From positions 47,870,401 through 47,934,400 of the forward strand of contig CM120641.1 of the NCBI GenBank assembly GCA_051362555.1: DNA of 64,000 bases, written 5' to 3'. This stretch comes from Lingula anatina (Eukaryota > Animalia > Brachiopoda). The position numbers and the translations under genes are program-made. How positions within the stretch are numbered: position 1 is the first letter of the stretch; each line of letters opens with the position of its first letter. Positions 44,652 to 58,192 of the stretch are shown piece after piece. The notes under the pieces were generated by a model, which saw only the letters and a program-made list of their open reading frames with translations, was not told the origin of the DNA and did no database searches.

Positions 44652-45404
44652 GTAGGGGAATGGGCTGTGCGAACAACAACATAGTTTGTTTGGAAATGCA
44701 ATTATTCTATAACTTTTACATAATTTAAGTAATGTGTAGGTTAGAAGAATTTGAATTCTAATCATAGTATCTTAAGACATCGTAAGAAAATGTCATTATA
44801 GGCGTCCTCTCATTTTATGCGTTCCAATCTTTATTCAATATTTCATGTGAAACATGTATGGTGTTCATGAGTTGGAAAGGGTAGCCATTGCATATCCCCA
44901 AACTTCCCCACATTGTAAAGAGTAGGCCTAGTTCACGGAAACAATACGACCTATATGGATAATTTTTTACGTGCGTTTCGGTCGCACTCAAAACGAAATG
45001 ATAAAGATTCTAGAAGCTGAGTTCACACGAAAGTTAATCACCCCCTAGCAGCTCCAGGATTGCTTATCTGATTGCATACAGTGAGAATCCTGGTGGAGTT
45101 GGATCAATCTACGTAGAATGATAGTTTCGTTGGGAACGCACCCTTAGATTCCGTTTGTAATTATAATTCTTAAAATCGAAGAACATCTTAAAATGTTTCG
45201 GACTATCGAACCTTCGGACTAATGAACCTTCGGACTATCGAACCTTCGGACTAATGAACCTTCGGACCAATGGACCTTTAATTTTCGGACTAATGAACCT
45301 TCGGACCAATGAACCTTTTTGTTGAAAATCTGATGAAAAATTTACGAATTTTCGGACCAATGAACCTTCGGACCAATGAACCTTCGGACTATCGAGACGC
45401 CCCC
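43564..45404. mobile_element. 1.84-kb non-autonomous foldback-like DNA element with 17-bp subterminal tandem repeats and nested MITE fragments
   Basis: 8-bp TSD GTTATATC (43556-43563 and 45405-45412). Left end GGGGCCGTAGCGATAGTCCGAAGGTTC with tandem (T(A/G)GTCCGAAGGTTCNN) units; inverted array at 45198-45404 ending CGAGACGCCCCC. Confidence 0.88.
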
Positions 45405-47097
45405 GTTATATCATGATAACAGTTTAATCTGAGTTCAATCTGCTGCGCCACAATCTTCCAAAGTTTCCACACGACACCAGTTCAGTGAACCTTAGTCGAT
45501 CACTTGATACAGTGCCGCCGGAAAGTAACCTTACCAAAACGCCGCATGAGCTCCCAACGCTGCCCGACGGACCATTTGACGCGTGTTAACAAATCCAGGG
45601 GGTAACCAACTGCGTTCGTTCTACACACATAAAGACCCGATCATTTTACATATTTAATTAATCAATCCAGCTTCCGGATATACACTATAAAGACAAGTAC
45701 AATACGTTCAATAATTGATTTTATTTCTCCTTTTTTCACACGCAGGTAAGAGTTTGGGCATCACAGGGTTTGATGCTATAGAAGCTGACGGATGACTGTT
45801 CCTGACAAGCTAGAGGCGGGTAATGCATAGATCTATTACTCACGTGCCACTGGTTTCTGACACAGTTATATCATCTTGAATAATTGAACTGAGAGTCATA
45901 AGGGAACAATGTCCTGTATGCAAGGGAAATGCAGTTCAACAGTTTTTAAAGAGTTCTCAACAATGTTCCAGTTCAAATAAGTACCTTTTTTATCGGCAGA
46001 GTTCTCCCATAAAATCCATTTGAACTCGTGCCGCTACTTTATCCATTCCCCAGCGTAATAACAATCTGCAAACGTCAAGATAAATTTCAAAATTTCTTTT
46101 CACCAATTACTGGCCTTTATAAGTGGCCTTATATCTCTTTTTGAGGGCCACGTTATTCGACATACTGTTACTTTACTTTATTTCAGTGTTATGTTATAAT
46201 ATTATATATATAATGTATAATATATATAATGTTAATCAGTTACAAAACATGCTATTGTTGAATGCGAAATGCGTCCCATAAACGTTTGAATATCTATGTC
46301 ATAATTCAGTTCCATACTTATATGATCCGATTAAATGCTTTAGATCTCAATTTAAAATTTGTTAAAGGAGAAAAAGGGGAAATATTAACGACACAAAGAG
46401 TTTAACGGCAGATTAAGATGACATATAAAAATACAAATCGATGAATACCAAAGCTATTATGGGAGCATGTTGTAACTAAATAAAATCTAGGCTTTCAGAA
46501 ACAGGTCCAAAAGAGTAAAATGCAACTGGCAATTTAAATGATCAAAGCAATGTTCACGTTTTTAAATTTTCATTCGAAAAGACTGACATAAAAAAACATG
46601 TTCATAGTTTATGAATAATACTCATGGCCATTTATGAAACTCGTCTTTCCAAAATCGACCAAAATGCCTAAGAAGCGATTGACCTAAAACGTGCAGACTA
46701 CCGGTACTTCAATTCCCCATTTTGTAGTAAGTCGTCGTCAAAATGTCTAATCTGTCAAACTTGTGGCATTTGTCCATGATATTCATGTCGGGATAATAAA
46801 GACAAAAAATTAAACACATGTAATATTCTAAATTTCAAGAATAACACTGTCTGCTTGTGACGAATACCGTTACAAATACTCCTTTCGCGTGCATTCAATC
46901 ATTCTGTGATTTTCCGAATTCAAAAATTTATTAAAAAAGATAGCGTTCATTCATGAAAAGTCTGTACATTTCGAAGGTTTTCAAGTCAGAAAGTTATATG
47001 TATTACTATTAGTAAAACACCTTTTAATGTCTTCAGAGAGTTCGGCAGTTATTATATTGTGAGCGGGTAGTTGTTAGTGATCTGGGGTGCTCCTTCG

Positions 47098-47255
47098 GGG
47101 GGCGTCTCGATAGTCCGAAGGTTCATTAGTCCGAAGGTTCATTGGTCCGAAAAGTGGTAACATTTTTATCGATTTTTTAATCAAGGGTTCATTGGTCCGA
47201 AGGTTCTATAGTGAACATTCGGACCATTGAACCTTCGGACTATCGCTACGGCCCC
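47098..47255. mobile_element. 158-bp deletion derivative of the same foldback-like family, opposite orientation
   Basis: Same two termini as 43564-45404; 8-bp TSD CTCCTTCG (47090-47097 and 47256-47263). Confidence 0.88.
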
Positions 47256-47770
47256 CTCCTTCGTCATTCCCCGACTTCGGTGACATTATATTTGAAAAGT
47301 CTATCGTTGTAATTTTAATTCACACTGGCTGTGCATTATGCGTTCAAATTGCTCTCAGATCTCTCGCCGTGTAACCAGACAGGATTGTTTGACATCATCT
47401 TGTTGTGACAGCAGTCTTTTTACAGTAAAATCGACAGACTGTTGAGTTGTTGTCTTTCATTTCTGAAGCACACTCCACAGTTGATTTTATGTACAACAAA
47501 CACTAAAACACGTCCTTGTAATCGATAAAAATGGTTTATCACAGAAAATAAATGCATTCCTCATTACCGCAACGGCATCATGGTTAAGAGCTTTATGAGG
47601 AGTTTATTGAAATAAATATCTTTGCGCGATCTGTCTTTTGATATGTGCTAACAATGTGTATGCAACCTTTATTTTTGTAATTCAAAGCGTCTTTAACATG
47701 GACGTCCGATGCAGGTGGTAAGGATGGATTGTAAAAAATAATGAAAATGGGAGATGTTGAAAAATGTTTT

Positions 47771-50700
47771 TCAAGTTGTATACTCCGGTTGATATTCCAA
47801 TTCATTGTCCTCCAATCTGGGTGGTTTTGGTGAAACTTTTCTCATCTTTTTTGTCTTCTCTCCTTTCTTGTTTGCCTTAGCTTTCGGAAGACAAAACACC
47901 GCCCTAAGTCCGCAGCAGACGACACATAATATGGGGACGCCGACGATGACAGCGGCGGGGATGACGATGACCAGCGTAAGGTTGGCGCCAGGTTTGGCTG
48001 TTGGTGCCGGCGTACTGGTACCGTTAATTGTTGCTGTGGATGACACCGTAGTGGAGACGCTCCCTGCAGTGGGGGCAGCGAGTGTTGTTAAAGCCGCAGT
48101 GAATATAGATGTCACTGAAAATAAAGAACAATTATTCATCAGTTTTGCTTGACATATTAAAACAAATATTGTTCTTCAGTTTTTTCATAACTATATTTAA
48201 AAACGACACCTTTGTCTACAATATTTGCTATAATTCAAAATACAATGGGTTGTAACATAATGCTGCATTTTTGTTGTTTTTTAGAATCATAATATAGAAT
48301 GTTTGCTTGTCACAGAAAAAAAACCAGGAGAAACGATTTAAAGGAACAATTCCTATTTGAAAAACTAGATTATATTTTGTTTCAACCCGATATCATTGCC
48401 ACGGGTAACTCTGTGTAACCCCGCGAAATCAGATATAAGCTTTGGTTTGTAGTTTCCAAAGTCAGACACTTTGGACAAGCTGGTGAAATACTTGCAAATA
48501 TTTGAACCCGTATCAATCAATTGTGGCTCCTAGCAAGATGAGATAATTAAGTATAGGACACAAAGTATATTGAATTTTAAAAAGTAGACCAACATTTTAA
48601 CAAAAAGATATACTTTCTAAGACAAACTAAGGCATCGAATCGCCAAACACACACGTCAATAACAACCGTAATATCAGACACACTAGAATTTTTACAATAA
48701 CGCATCCTTGATCATCTATCCTAACGATCTAAAACCCAGACAATTTATTTGGGGGTTTTATGTTTTGTTTTGTTTTTTTTATTCTCGCAATGCTTACAAA
48801 GGCGGGGCAGACCTTTTTCATATACAGATAATATGTTATTGGCAAACGCATGCAAAAAACTTGCGAAGGAAACAAATTTCTACATGAGGAAATGCCGTTT
48901 TTGAGGTGCCTTTATTATTTTACGAGGTCGATACCAACTAGCTCTATACTACACACAGAGGAAATGGTCTTTTGTTCCGTCTCCAAACACGTGTCTGCAG
49001 ATAAGAGGTTGCCGTGATTTCCTAACAAAATAGCCAATATTGATGGTCAAACATTTCTCGATAATGCAAAAAGGACAAGTAAAATACACATTGTCACCCC
49101 TTATAAATATCTGTCTTCTTGTCTGTCTGTCTGTCTGCCTGTCCTCCATGTAACTCACTCCTGCTTAACAAATTTTAATTGCTTGGGCATTTGCCATTTC
49201 TTCTTCTAACGACATGGAATCTTGCTTCATGTTGCTTTTGATAACATTAGCCTATAATTTGTTTCGCTCTCCTTTTGTCACGTTTTCCCTTCTCCATAAA
49301 TCTATTCGTGTCTTCATGCAACGCTTGGCAGGGAACTTACCTCAGGGATTATTTTATTTTATTTATTTATTTATTAATCTATTATAACGGATGTATCCCC
49401 ACACCTGTAAACACGAACGCGATGCCATAGATTATGGCTATTAATCACAGTGACAGGCTAGGAGTCGTGGCAATAGAGTAACGTCTGAACGGAAAGCACC
49501 AAACAATCGATAATTGAACCCTTCAACGATGCAAGATTCCTCACGGCGCTGTCTACCTGACCCACTGCGTTCTGATACCTTACCACGGTTACCACTAATT
49601 AATACCCTTGACAGGTGCAGGGCTCTCAGTGTGTTAACTAGCTCGTCGACATTATGGTACTCGGGTCTATTGTTGAACGTGTGATAAGCAATTGAATATA
49701 ATCGGAGAGCAATAAGAATCGATACAAAAAGCACATAATTTACAAAAAAGTAATACAACACGAGCACTATGTTCGCAAAATATTCCTCGCTCTCGTGATT
49801 TGAGTCAATCAAATGTTAATGGTATCATGCTCAAATTCCGCCCTCATTGGCTTTTGGTTTACAGGTTTCACAGACGACCTGTGCGACCTTCTTTTTTTCG
49901 TTTTAAATAGTATAACCTCTCAGTTATAACGGCCTAGTTGTAAACCAATAATCATGGCACACGATCGATGTACAGATACATGGCAGTTTCAGCGTTGTCT
50001 TTTCATGCAAATTTATATTTACTTTATGTATTTTATGCTAACGAGAAACCTGGCTGTACTTCCATGAAAGTGTGTGAGGAGCAGACGAGATCTCTGTTTA
50101 ACCACCGCCATGTCAAAAAATTGCTCATTTTCGCCATTTCAGTCCATTTTCCCTGAGATTTTCATAAGATCAATCTTATTTTAATAATATTAATAATAAT
50201 ATATTAATAATATTAATAGTATTAGATTACTAATGACAATGGGACCATTTTAAAACTAGGACTGTATATTTGACAGCACAGCTGTCTAGTTATACACTGT
50301 ATGCCTGTGATCATCTAGAGTAATTATCTTTAATATAATGTCCCCATAAGACATTTAACAATGCTCTACTTTCAAAGTAATTCATATTTTATATATTTAT
50401 CATTCATAATTAAGCGTTTTCATCGTTTGCTTGACATAATTTCTAGTCCTCCATCATGGCTGTCAGGACATCTATCACGCTTAGCGGACACGTCCTGCAG
50501 TGTATAAACATACCTGTAGCTATTTCAGAAAAGCGGTCGCTTGGTGCTCAAAAAGCAAACAAAGAATAAATAAATTATGTTGGTTAGTTGGATATCCCAT
50601 CCATCACTGTCTTTCTACAGAACAGAACAGAGCAGCTGAACATTGTTTCTTCTAATAACGTCCCATAACAGTTTAAATTCTTCATATTACCAGCTTCACA

Positions 50701-53700
50701 AAATTACTGGCTGACAGGTTAACAAAGTGAAAAGTTTGCAACATTGAGCTCCTTCCGATAAATGGCCCTATAACCGCAGTTAATTTTTCATCACTTAACA
50801 CCAGCTTTTTTTAGCAGGAAGCAGCTAACGAGTCCCTGTAGACCGTTCTATTTGTCAGTAATCGGCCTTTGCTGTAGGGCGTTATACGCCAATTGCGTCA
50901 GCATTGCCTGCGCACCTTCATGTACCTACAGGTACCGCTACATAAAACAGTCCATCGCGTTTCGGTGGTTTTCAATACAAGTCTTCAGTACTTTAAATCC
51001 AATATAGTCTAACAAACATCGCCAAACGGTTAGGTACATTGTAACGTAACATTTTGGGTTTAAAAGGCCCTTTTTGGGGTTCCAACGTGTGATCTTTGAC
51101 TGGGTTCACATACCTAGATCGATCTACCAGGATCGATCCATCTCCGAGGGGGTTCTCGCTAAATTGCTGTCAGCTTAAGCGGCTTAGATGTCTGGCACGC
51201 CTACTGAAGCTACTAAACGATAATAAATTACACCCTAGCTGCTTCAGAAGACGTGACAGCCATCTAAACTGCTTACGTTGATTGCAATTTATCGAAGATA
51301 GATTGATCCACAGTTAGTACAATAGGGTCTGGGAATGATCCCTTTAATCTGTTTACATCAGCCAAGGCGAGTATATGAGTTATGGGTTTGTATCAAGATT
51401 GAAAAAACGTTAACATTGGTAATTGTGCAACACTCTTCGATGGAAGTCACCGACATCATATTATTACAAAAACACAAGACAGCGTGGAGTAATATGCAAG
51501 CTTGCTGCGGGTTGATTAGACTAAGACCGTTGACAGAATAAAGTACTAAAAATGACAAATTATGACTAAGTGTAAATATAAGAAATTCAACATCAGATTC
51601 TTTTTAATATCAAAGCAGGAGTACCATGTTGGCCGAAACTAGGATCGGTTCTATTCGCGATGCGATAATGATGAACGATCTCCGTACAGCTTGGCATTAA
51701 ATTCAATTGCAATATGTGGCCGACGCACCCAACTTGAGCTCCGAACTCCTCTAAAACAGCAACTAATAAACCAGTCAGACAAGAACAAAATGGCAATAAA
51801 CTTTACGAAAACGAAGGAGGTTGTATTATACTTTTCAAATATCGGCCAATGTCATTTATTCAAAATTATACACTACCAAAACTAGGATGAACAAGTACTA
51901 TATTATTTCCACTGAAGTTAATCAACGGATACACTATGACACTCTAATGAGCCAGCACATCAGTTAACCAAACCGAAGCATGGTGTCATGTTATAATGAG
52001 ACTGTTTATTATTATGTACTTTTTATAACGAGAAAAAAACGCAATGGCGTTTCCATGGTTCGTGTCAGATTAACGTAAAGTCGCTCAAAGAAAACCCAAG
52101 GACACATAATGACCAGTTTAACGGTTTATTTGTTGACACTCTATAGCTACATGATCTACTTGAAGTCTCCAACTTTTGAACCATCTCCCATGGCTCGCGT
52201 CCGTCTATCTAGCTTTCCCAGGCGGTCTCCCTAAATCTCTCTCAATCTGAACTCCCAGATATTATGCTTTATATACCAATTCCTTATCTACGGTGGATTC
52301 TATACTGCACTATTTGCTGCATGCCAATTTTAATTACATGTAAGGCCATAAAAAGAGTAGAGTGCACAAGCAAGCGACTCCATTAAAATTAATTAACAAG
52401 TCTGGGTATTATATTTGTGAACTGAACAATGTGTGACACTTTTGTCTAGCAACAATCGTAGTGAAAAATTAAAATCCACTCAGAAAAGAATTATTATATC
52501 CAATTAAGATAACTTGCATGAGCTAGATTAATAAACAATTGGTAAACATGGATTTATGAGCTCTCTCAAGACCGCAGATCGCCATGGGAAATCGTGATTA
52601 TGTTTAATGAAACAGAAGGAAAGTGGAAAAACGTCCTAGTTAAATAAAAAAAATCTAAATAAAAAATGCGCTAATATTGTCCTTAGGCGAATCTTGCAAT
52701 ATCATGAGTCAGACATACATGTACATGAAGTAGGGCAGGCAATGCTGACGCAATTGGCGGTTAGCACCCTACAGCAACGGTCTGCAGGGACTTGCTTGCT
52801 AGAACCGATTTCGATAACTCTAAATATGACAACAGGACAATGTGACTGATGAATGGAATGTCGGCTAACGTAAAATTATGGAGAGATTAACGACTAGGAT
52901 GCCTCTACTCAGACGGTCATAGTACCATGTGTTGCTATTTAATATTCAAATTCATCTCATGAAGTTAATGTCTTTTTGTTTTCTCCATTATTAGCTTTAA
53001 TCGAAAAGATCTCATGAATTATGCCTATATCGAATTACCAACAGAACTCACGAGGCGCTCAATTTATAAACCACCCCGTTTTCAAGAGGGTGTTTTGTGT
53101 TGACGCCAAGAACACTTCACTTCCGTTATGATCCTTTAACTGCCATGAAAGTGTGAGAAGTAACGACAATTACTGTATATACGTGTTTATTCAAGGACAT
53201 CGCTTCTACCAATGTACTTGATATTAATATAAAATGAAAGCACGAACCCCGTTAAAAGATCAAATGTTGTTTCCATCATTTCATTAAGGACAGAAGTTGA
53301 AAGACACCCAAAGAACGCGTGGGAATGACAAACGACGTGTAATTCAAACGATGCCGTCAAGGTTTAAAATTTTTAAAAGGAAAACCTATTTTATGACAGT
53401 CTATCTCAAAACTTCAAATTAAAATGCTCTTCCAAACAAGGTTGTGCGACTTAATATTGCATAACACTACTGTAAACGGACATGTATTGAGCTCCTCACA
53501 GGCACTTTTTTCTTTTATAAAATGAGACCAAGAGATGTTTATCTGTCTGTAAGGTACCATTGCCAACAGGCCAGAAGCAACCTAAGCACAGTATGCCACT
53601 TAAAATTCCCCAACATAAGGTGTTCTGAGGAGAAAAAGGTCTTTTGATTACTAGCAGCTTGTTTAGAAAAATGCATGATTTAAATATAGAAAATTGACAT

Positions 53701-53764
53701 AGCTACCTTTAAACAAAAAATAAATCGCCATTTTCTTCACAATAGATGCCGTCCTCCAAGTCAT
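47771..53764 (-). CDS. Small Ser/Thr-rich single-pass membrane protein of unknown function (~133 aa in the preferred 2-exon model)
   Basis: Main exon 48114-47771 (acceptor ttttcag) encodes a Thr-rich stalk with NGT/NLT sequons, a TM helix (LVIVIPAAVIVGVPILCVVCCGL), a basic juxtamembrane segment and a tail ending YQPEYTT-stop. The phase-1 upstream exon 53764-53707 (MTWRTASIVKKMAIYFLFK, donor AAG|GTAGCT) joins in frame. The main exon is well supported; the 5' exon is tentative. Confidence 0.6.
51570..51900 (+). pseudogene. Highly decayed LINE reverse-transcriptase remnant
   Basis: Translates to IKAGVPCWPKLGSVLF (cf. RT motif GVPQG..LGP.LF) and NKMAINFTKTKEVV (cf. post-YADD motif), with stops and frameshifts. 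Confidence 0.55.
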
Positions 53765-55069
53765 GATGGTCGGCTTATCTGTTGGTTGCGCTGTCGTCCT
53801 TCAACTTTTTCAGACAGTCTGCTCTTCCTTCTTTTGGACGCCAAACGATGTGTACTATAAGTCTGAAAAAATCTCTGTCAGTGTTTCTGGATAATAAGTC
53901 ACTTAATGCTATCGACTTAACGAAGCGTGTGAAATTAAGATCGTCGAGAAGGTCTTAAGTTTCAGTCAGTCTCCTTTTCCCCGCTGAAAGTATTGACGTC
54001 GCACCCGCAAAGTAATCACATCTTATTCAGAGTAACAATGGGGATGCCAGGCTAGCATCATTGTGACATCACAGGTCCATATTTAAATCCTGGCATTCAC
54101 AGCGACTCGTGACTCGTCATTGAGACCGATTCCAATAATTTCCATCTGGTTTAACTCAAGGTGCCCTACAACGCAATCGATGGACTGTTCCGTCTATCTC
54201 TCAGTTGAAGCACATTAGCAACTGAATGTTTTATCTTGTTTACAATCGTAGATAAATAGATCCCATTACGCCACACACGGATAGCAGAAAATAATAATAA
54301 TGGGCAACAAGAAAGGGCTTTGAAAGCGGCAAGTCAGGCGCACGTTTCCAGGAAATTATGTACAGTTGTATTCAAAAATGCCAAGCGTATATTAATTCAC
54401 TACACACAAGTAGCTTTTATTGGTGCATTGATTGTTAACTACCTTATTCTTTTCTCGTAAAACAATCTTTTATTGAATTATTTTAGTTTCTAAGAGCAGT
54501 GGTAATGTAAAACCTAGGTGTTTCTATGAACGATACCATCAACTATTGCAGATCTAATCTGAAAAAGCAGTAAAGAGAAAAGACCACACCAAGTGGTTTT
54601 AATTCCCTTGATTGTAGTAATACTGTATTTTTGTGTGTTTTGGGGAAAATTAGACTTAGTATCTCGATTACATTAAAATCAATATCGAAAGGAAATAATT
54701 AGCCGAGAATCATTTGAAACATTTCATTTGAGTGCTTGGTTCATTGAATAAATAAATATTTCGTTTTTCGCAAGACTTGAGTTTTATACATTCATTTTTC
54801 AGTGCTTAATATGTTTATTTTTCCTGTCAGTCTTTTATCTGATCATTATGCGGCGTTATCAACGTCCTGCACACTCTGCCGAGCACGAAGGACCAGATAA
54901 TGTTCGTTCATTGCGTCATCGACATTGACCAGTTACCGAACCCTCTTCTGCCTCTGCTTCGCTGAGTGCAGGAGACAGGCAAGTGCCACTTGTACGATGT
55001 GACCGCAGCTGCACTGCATCCTGTATACTCCCTCCCGCAGTGGGTTTTAGCATTCTGCCATTAGGGTTT

Positions 55070-55190
55070 TCCTTTTACCTCCGGCAATTGAGGTTAAGCC
55101 TTTGGTTCCGTTTGTCTGTCTTGCTGTTCGTATCTTTGTCCGTTTGTCTGTTAGCAACATTGTGGAAAAAGTTGTGAACAGATTCATGTC
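55070..55190 (+). mobile_element. Fragment resembling the 5' end of a Helentron-associated (HINE-like) element
   Basis: TTTTACCTCCGGCAATTGAGGTTA short hairpin followed by GTTTGTCTGT-type microsatellite and GTCTGTTAGCAACATT; recognised by architecture only. Confidence 0.4.
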
Positions 55191-58130
55191 AGGCCAGAAA
55201 TGAGCTAGATTCTGGTGTTGATTGTTTAAAACACTAACTAGCGAGCTATTTAATTTGCATTTCAGTGCTTGGTGCAAAACTTCATTTCAGCCTCAACATT
55301 TTTAAAAGAGGCTTTTTAAAAGACGTGAGAGTTCTGAGGATGACTTCATTAGATGAGGGATCTAACGCTCTGTCATCTTAATTAGATATTCCCTTAATGA
55401 AATGCAGCGGTCGTTTTTTTTATTTAATCGTTTTTAAATATATTTGCAAACGCAAACTAGAGATCGTTGATGCCCAAGATACAAGTAACGATACTTGATC
55501 ATCAACGGGTTGACAAGCATCGCCTGGTAGCGTCAACTTAAGGGGCTACGATTGTACTTTTTACTTGAAAGTGTTAATACGATCTTTGCATGATGAACCA
55601 AGTGACGACGTTACCAGTTCAACATCAGACCTTAACGCTTGTTAAAACAAAATTATGCATTGGGATATAGAGGGCAATATGAGGCACGAGAGAATTTCAA
55701 ACTAATTCCAATTGAAACGAATTTAATACACCAGCCATCTTCAGAATGCTAAAATGAAAAGTAATTAAGAAGCAGTCACAAAATTTCTCATCTTGTGAAA
55801 AAAGGAAGGTGTCGCCATGTATAAAGGTTAGCAAACACCTATAACTGCCAAGCTCCGTTTCTGTGAAAAACACGATTTTCAGTCAAAGTTAAAAGTAAAC
55901 AGCCAGAGACATGTAAGCCTATTTGGAACTGTGTCTTGAGTACAGTGTGTGTTTGTGTATGCGTGTGTATGAGTGTGTGCGTGTGTGTGTGAAAATGTTG
56001 TTTGCAAAGTGATAGGGCTTTACATCACCCATTCCTTTTTCTTTTTACGCAATACTATTTTTATTTTTTTTCTCTGTCATCACAAATGTTGTATCAAATC
56101 TTCATTTCGCTGCTGCGCTGTGACCAATACTAAGTGTACCCACATGGGCACTCAGCTCCCTGCTTCCTGCTCTCATATTTGACATAGCGCTCTCGCTATG
56201 TGTTCACTTACCACCTCTACGCCTCTCTCCTCAATTGCCAAGTCTTTGTCACCTGATAAAACATTGACAAAGCACACACTTGAGTTGAAATTTGAAATCG
56301 ACTTTACTGTTGACTTCGCACATTTTATATTGTCGCAATATCGAATTTTTTTCCCCTGTGTAGACTGGCAAAGATGATTCGTGGTGCCGGGCGTAGTCAA
56401 TGGATCGATTGGAGTATTGTCAGTGTAATCATGTGCGATGCTTTTACAAGAGTAGTTCAACATTTTTTCAAAGGCATACTCTGGGTTATAGTAGACTAAA
56501 ATGACAAAATCGTCTACTTGTTCATTTCTTGGTTGACCGTCAGCCTTTTTATAAACTGCTGAGGGTTAGAGGGTTGGCTTTGAAAACAGGACTACATTAT
56601 ATTACCTTATATTACCTTCGACTAACGCGTTTTGCGTTCTGTCATTGTCAGTTCAAAGTACTTGTATGACCATGGTTGGAACTAAGCCCAACGGGAAGGT
56701 TTTATATCGATTTGGCAAACATTACAGATATTACTTCAAAATATGATTTCAAAACGTAAAATGATCCCAGTTACGTGAATGTTTACACATTTCGTTTTTT
56801 ATCACCTTCTTCCTAATTTGGCAGTAGGTTCTTTTATTTCCCCATTGCTAACGTAAAAGGATGATAGAAAAATTATTTCAATGACACGTAAATAGAGATC
56901 GAAATATCGACTCCAGTTATTACATTCACTAATAATACGAATAGTTGGTGCTTGGAATTTATCTATCGTCCAACTGGTTTCTTTCATGTTCTCGTTTCGT
57001 GATTCACGTTTTTATTAGGGTCACAATATTTTCTGCACAATTAGGGGCGGATCCAGGATTATTGAAACGGAATGCAAAGCCGACCCACCTCCCACCCTCC
57101 TTGGCGTGGGGTTCGAGAAATGGCCCCGAAAAATTTTGGTATTTTAGAGGGAGAACAGTGCCATTCGGTACGGTTGTGAACTATGATTCAGCTGGTCAAA
57201 ATTCCCATTAAAAGAAGGCCATTGGTGTGATTTTTTCAGAAATCGAAGGGGGGTCAGGACCTCCCTGACCCCCCCCCCTCCCCTCCCAAATCTGCATTTA
57301 ACGTTATGATTGCCTCTGAGAAGCCCGGGACGTACACATACAATGTTGACCTGAGGTCCATTAAACAGTTTCCTCTCACAATTGTGTTAGATAAGCTAGT
57401 GGTGTTCTTACTGAATGCGTTTTCTGTCCTTCTTCAGTGTCTCAGAAAATATAAAACGATTGAATTATGTAAGTGCCCATGTCAAAACGAAACATAAAAG
57501 CAAACCCAATTTCAAACCACAAAAACCGGGTTTTGGGTCACGTGATGCCACTCGCGCTCTCCACCCCTCCCCTCAAGTTTGACCTCTTTTAAACATTCAA
57601 CACTAACTATGTAATTTTCGTCATTTTTCAACTCAAAGACGCGAAGAATAAAAGGGCTCATTGACAGACACAAAACGCAAAAATGCAAAGTTAAAAACAA
57701 AATATTTTATTGGCACTAAATTGCTTAAAGCAACACATAACATGGTTTTGCCATTGAACTGCAAAAACTGGCCTTTCTACTACCCTCTTCTTGGAAGCGC
57801 ATTCATATAACACACCCAAGCTCTTGCAAGGCACGTCACACTATTCTTCGCCTCATGTACCCGTATGGCTCTACTCGCCTAATATATGGACAAAAAATTA
57901 CCAGTGCTAAACTCTTTTTAATAAAGGCAACGAGAACATAAAACTACGGAAAGGAGCAAAAATGTTCATTAGTAGTTAGATCATAAATGATAATCATTCA
58001 GCACACGCTGTTTTTTTCACATCAGTTTAATGAAGGCCTCCGACTGAGTTGGCCTTAAGCTAACGGTGGGAAAATTCATCTTGTGCTGAATAATTATCGT
58101 TTATGATAAAACGTGGTATTTGCATATTGG

Positions 58131-58133
<3 letters not shown>

Positions 58134-58189
<56 letters not shown>
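58134..58189. repeat. (TA)n microsatellite
   Basis: Uninterrupted TA run. Confidence 0.97.

Positions 58190-58192
<3 letters not shown>

Noticed and set aside
49441-49812. 123-aa ORF, and similarly the 92-aa ORF at 61844-62122, as standalone genes
   Set aside because: No recognisable domain, and no splice-phase link to neighbouring coding exons; the first has a non-ATG start and the second lies in the tetraspan intron.
52063-52438. Solo LTR as a firm feature
   Set aside because: TG..CA ends with TATA and AATAAA are present, but there is no TSD, PBS/PPT or second copy; mentioned only tentatively.
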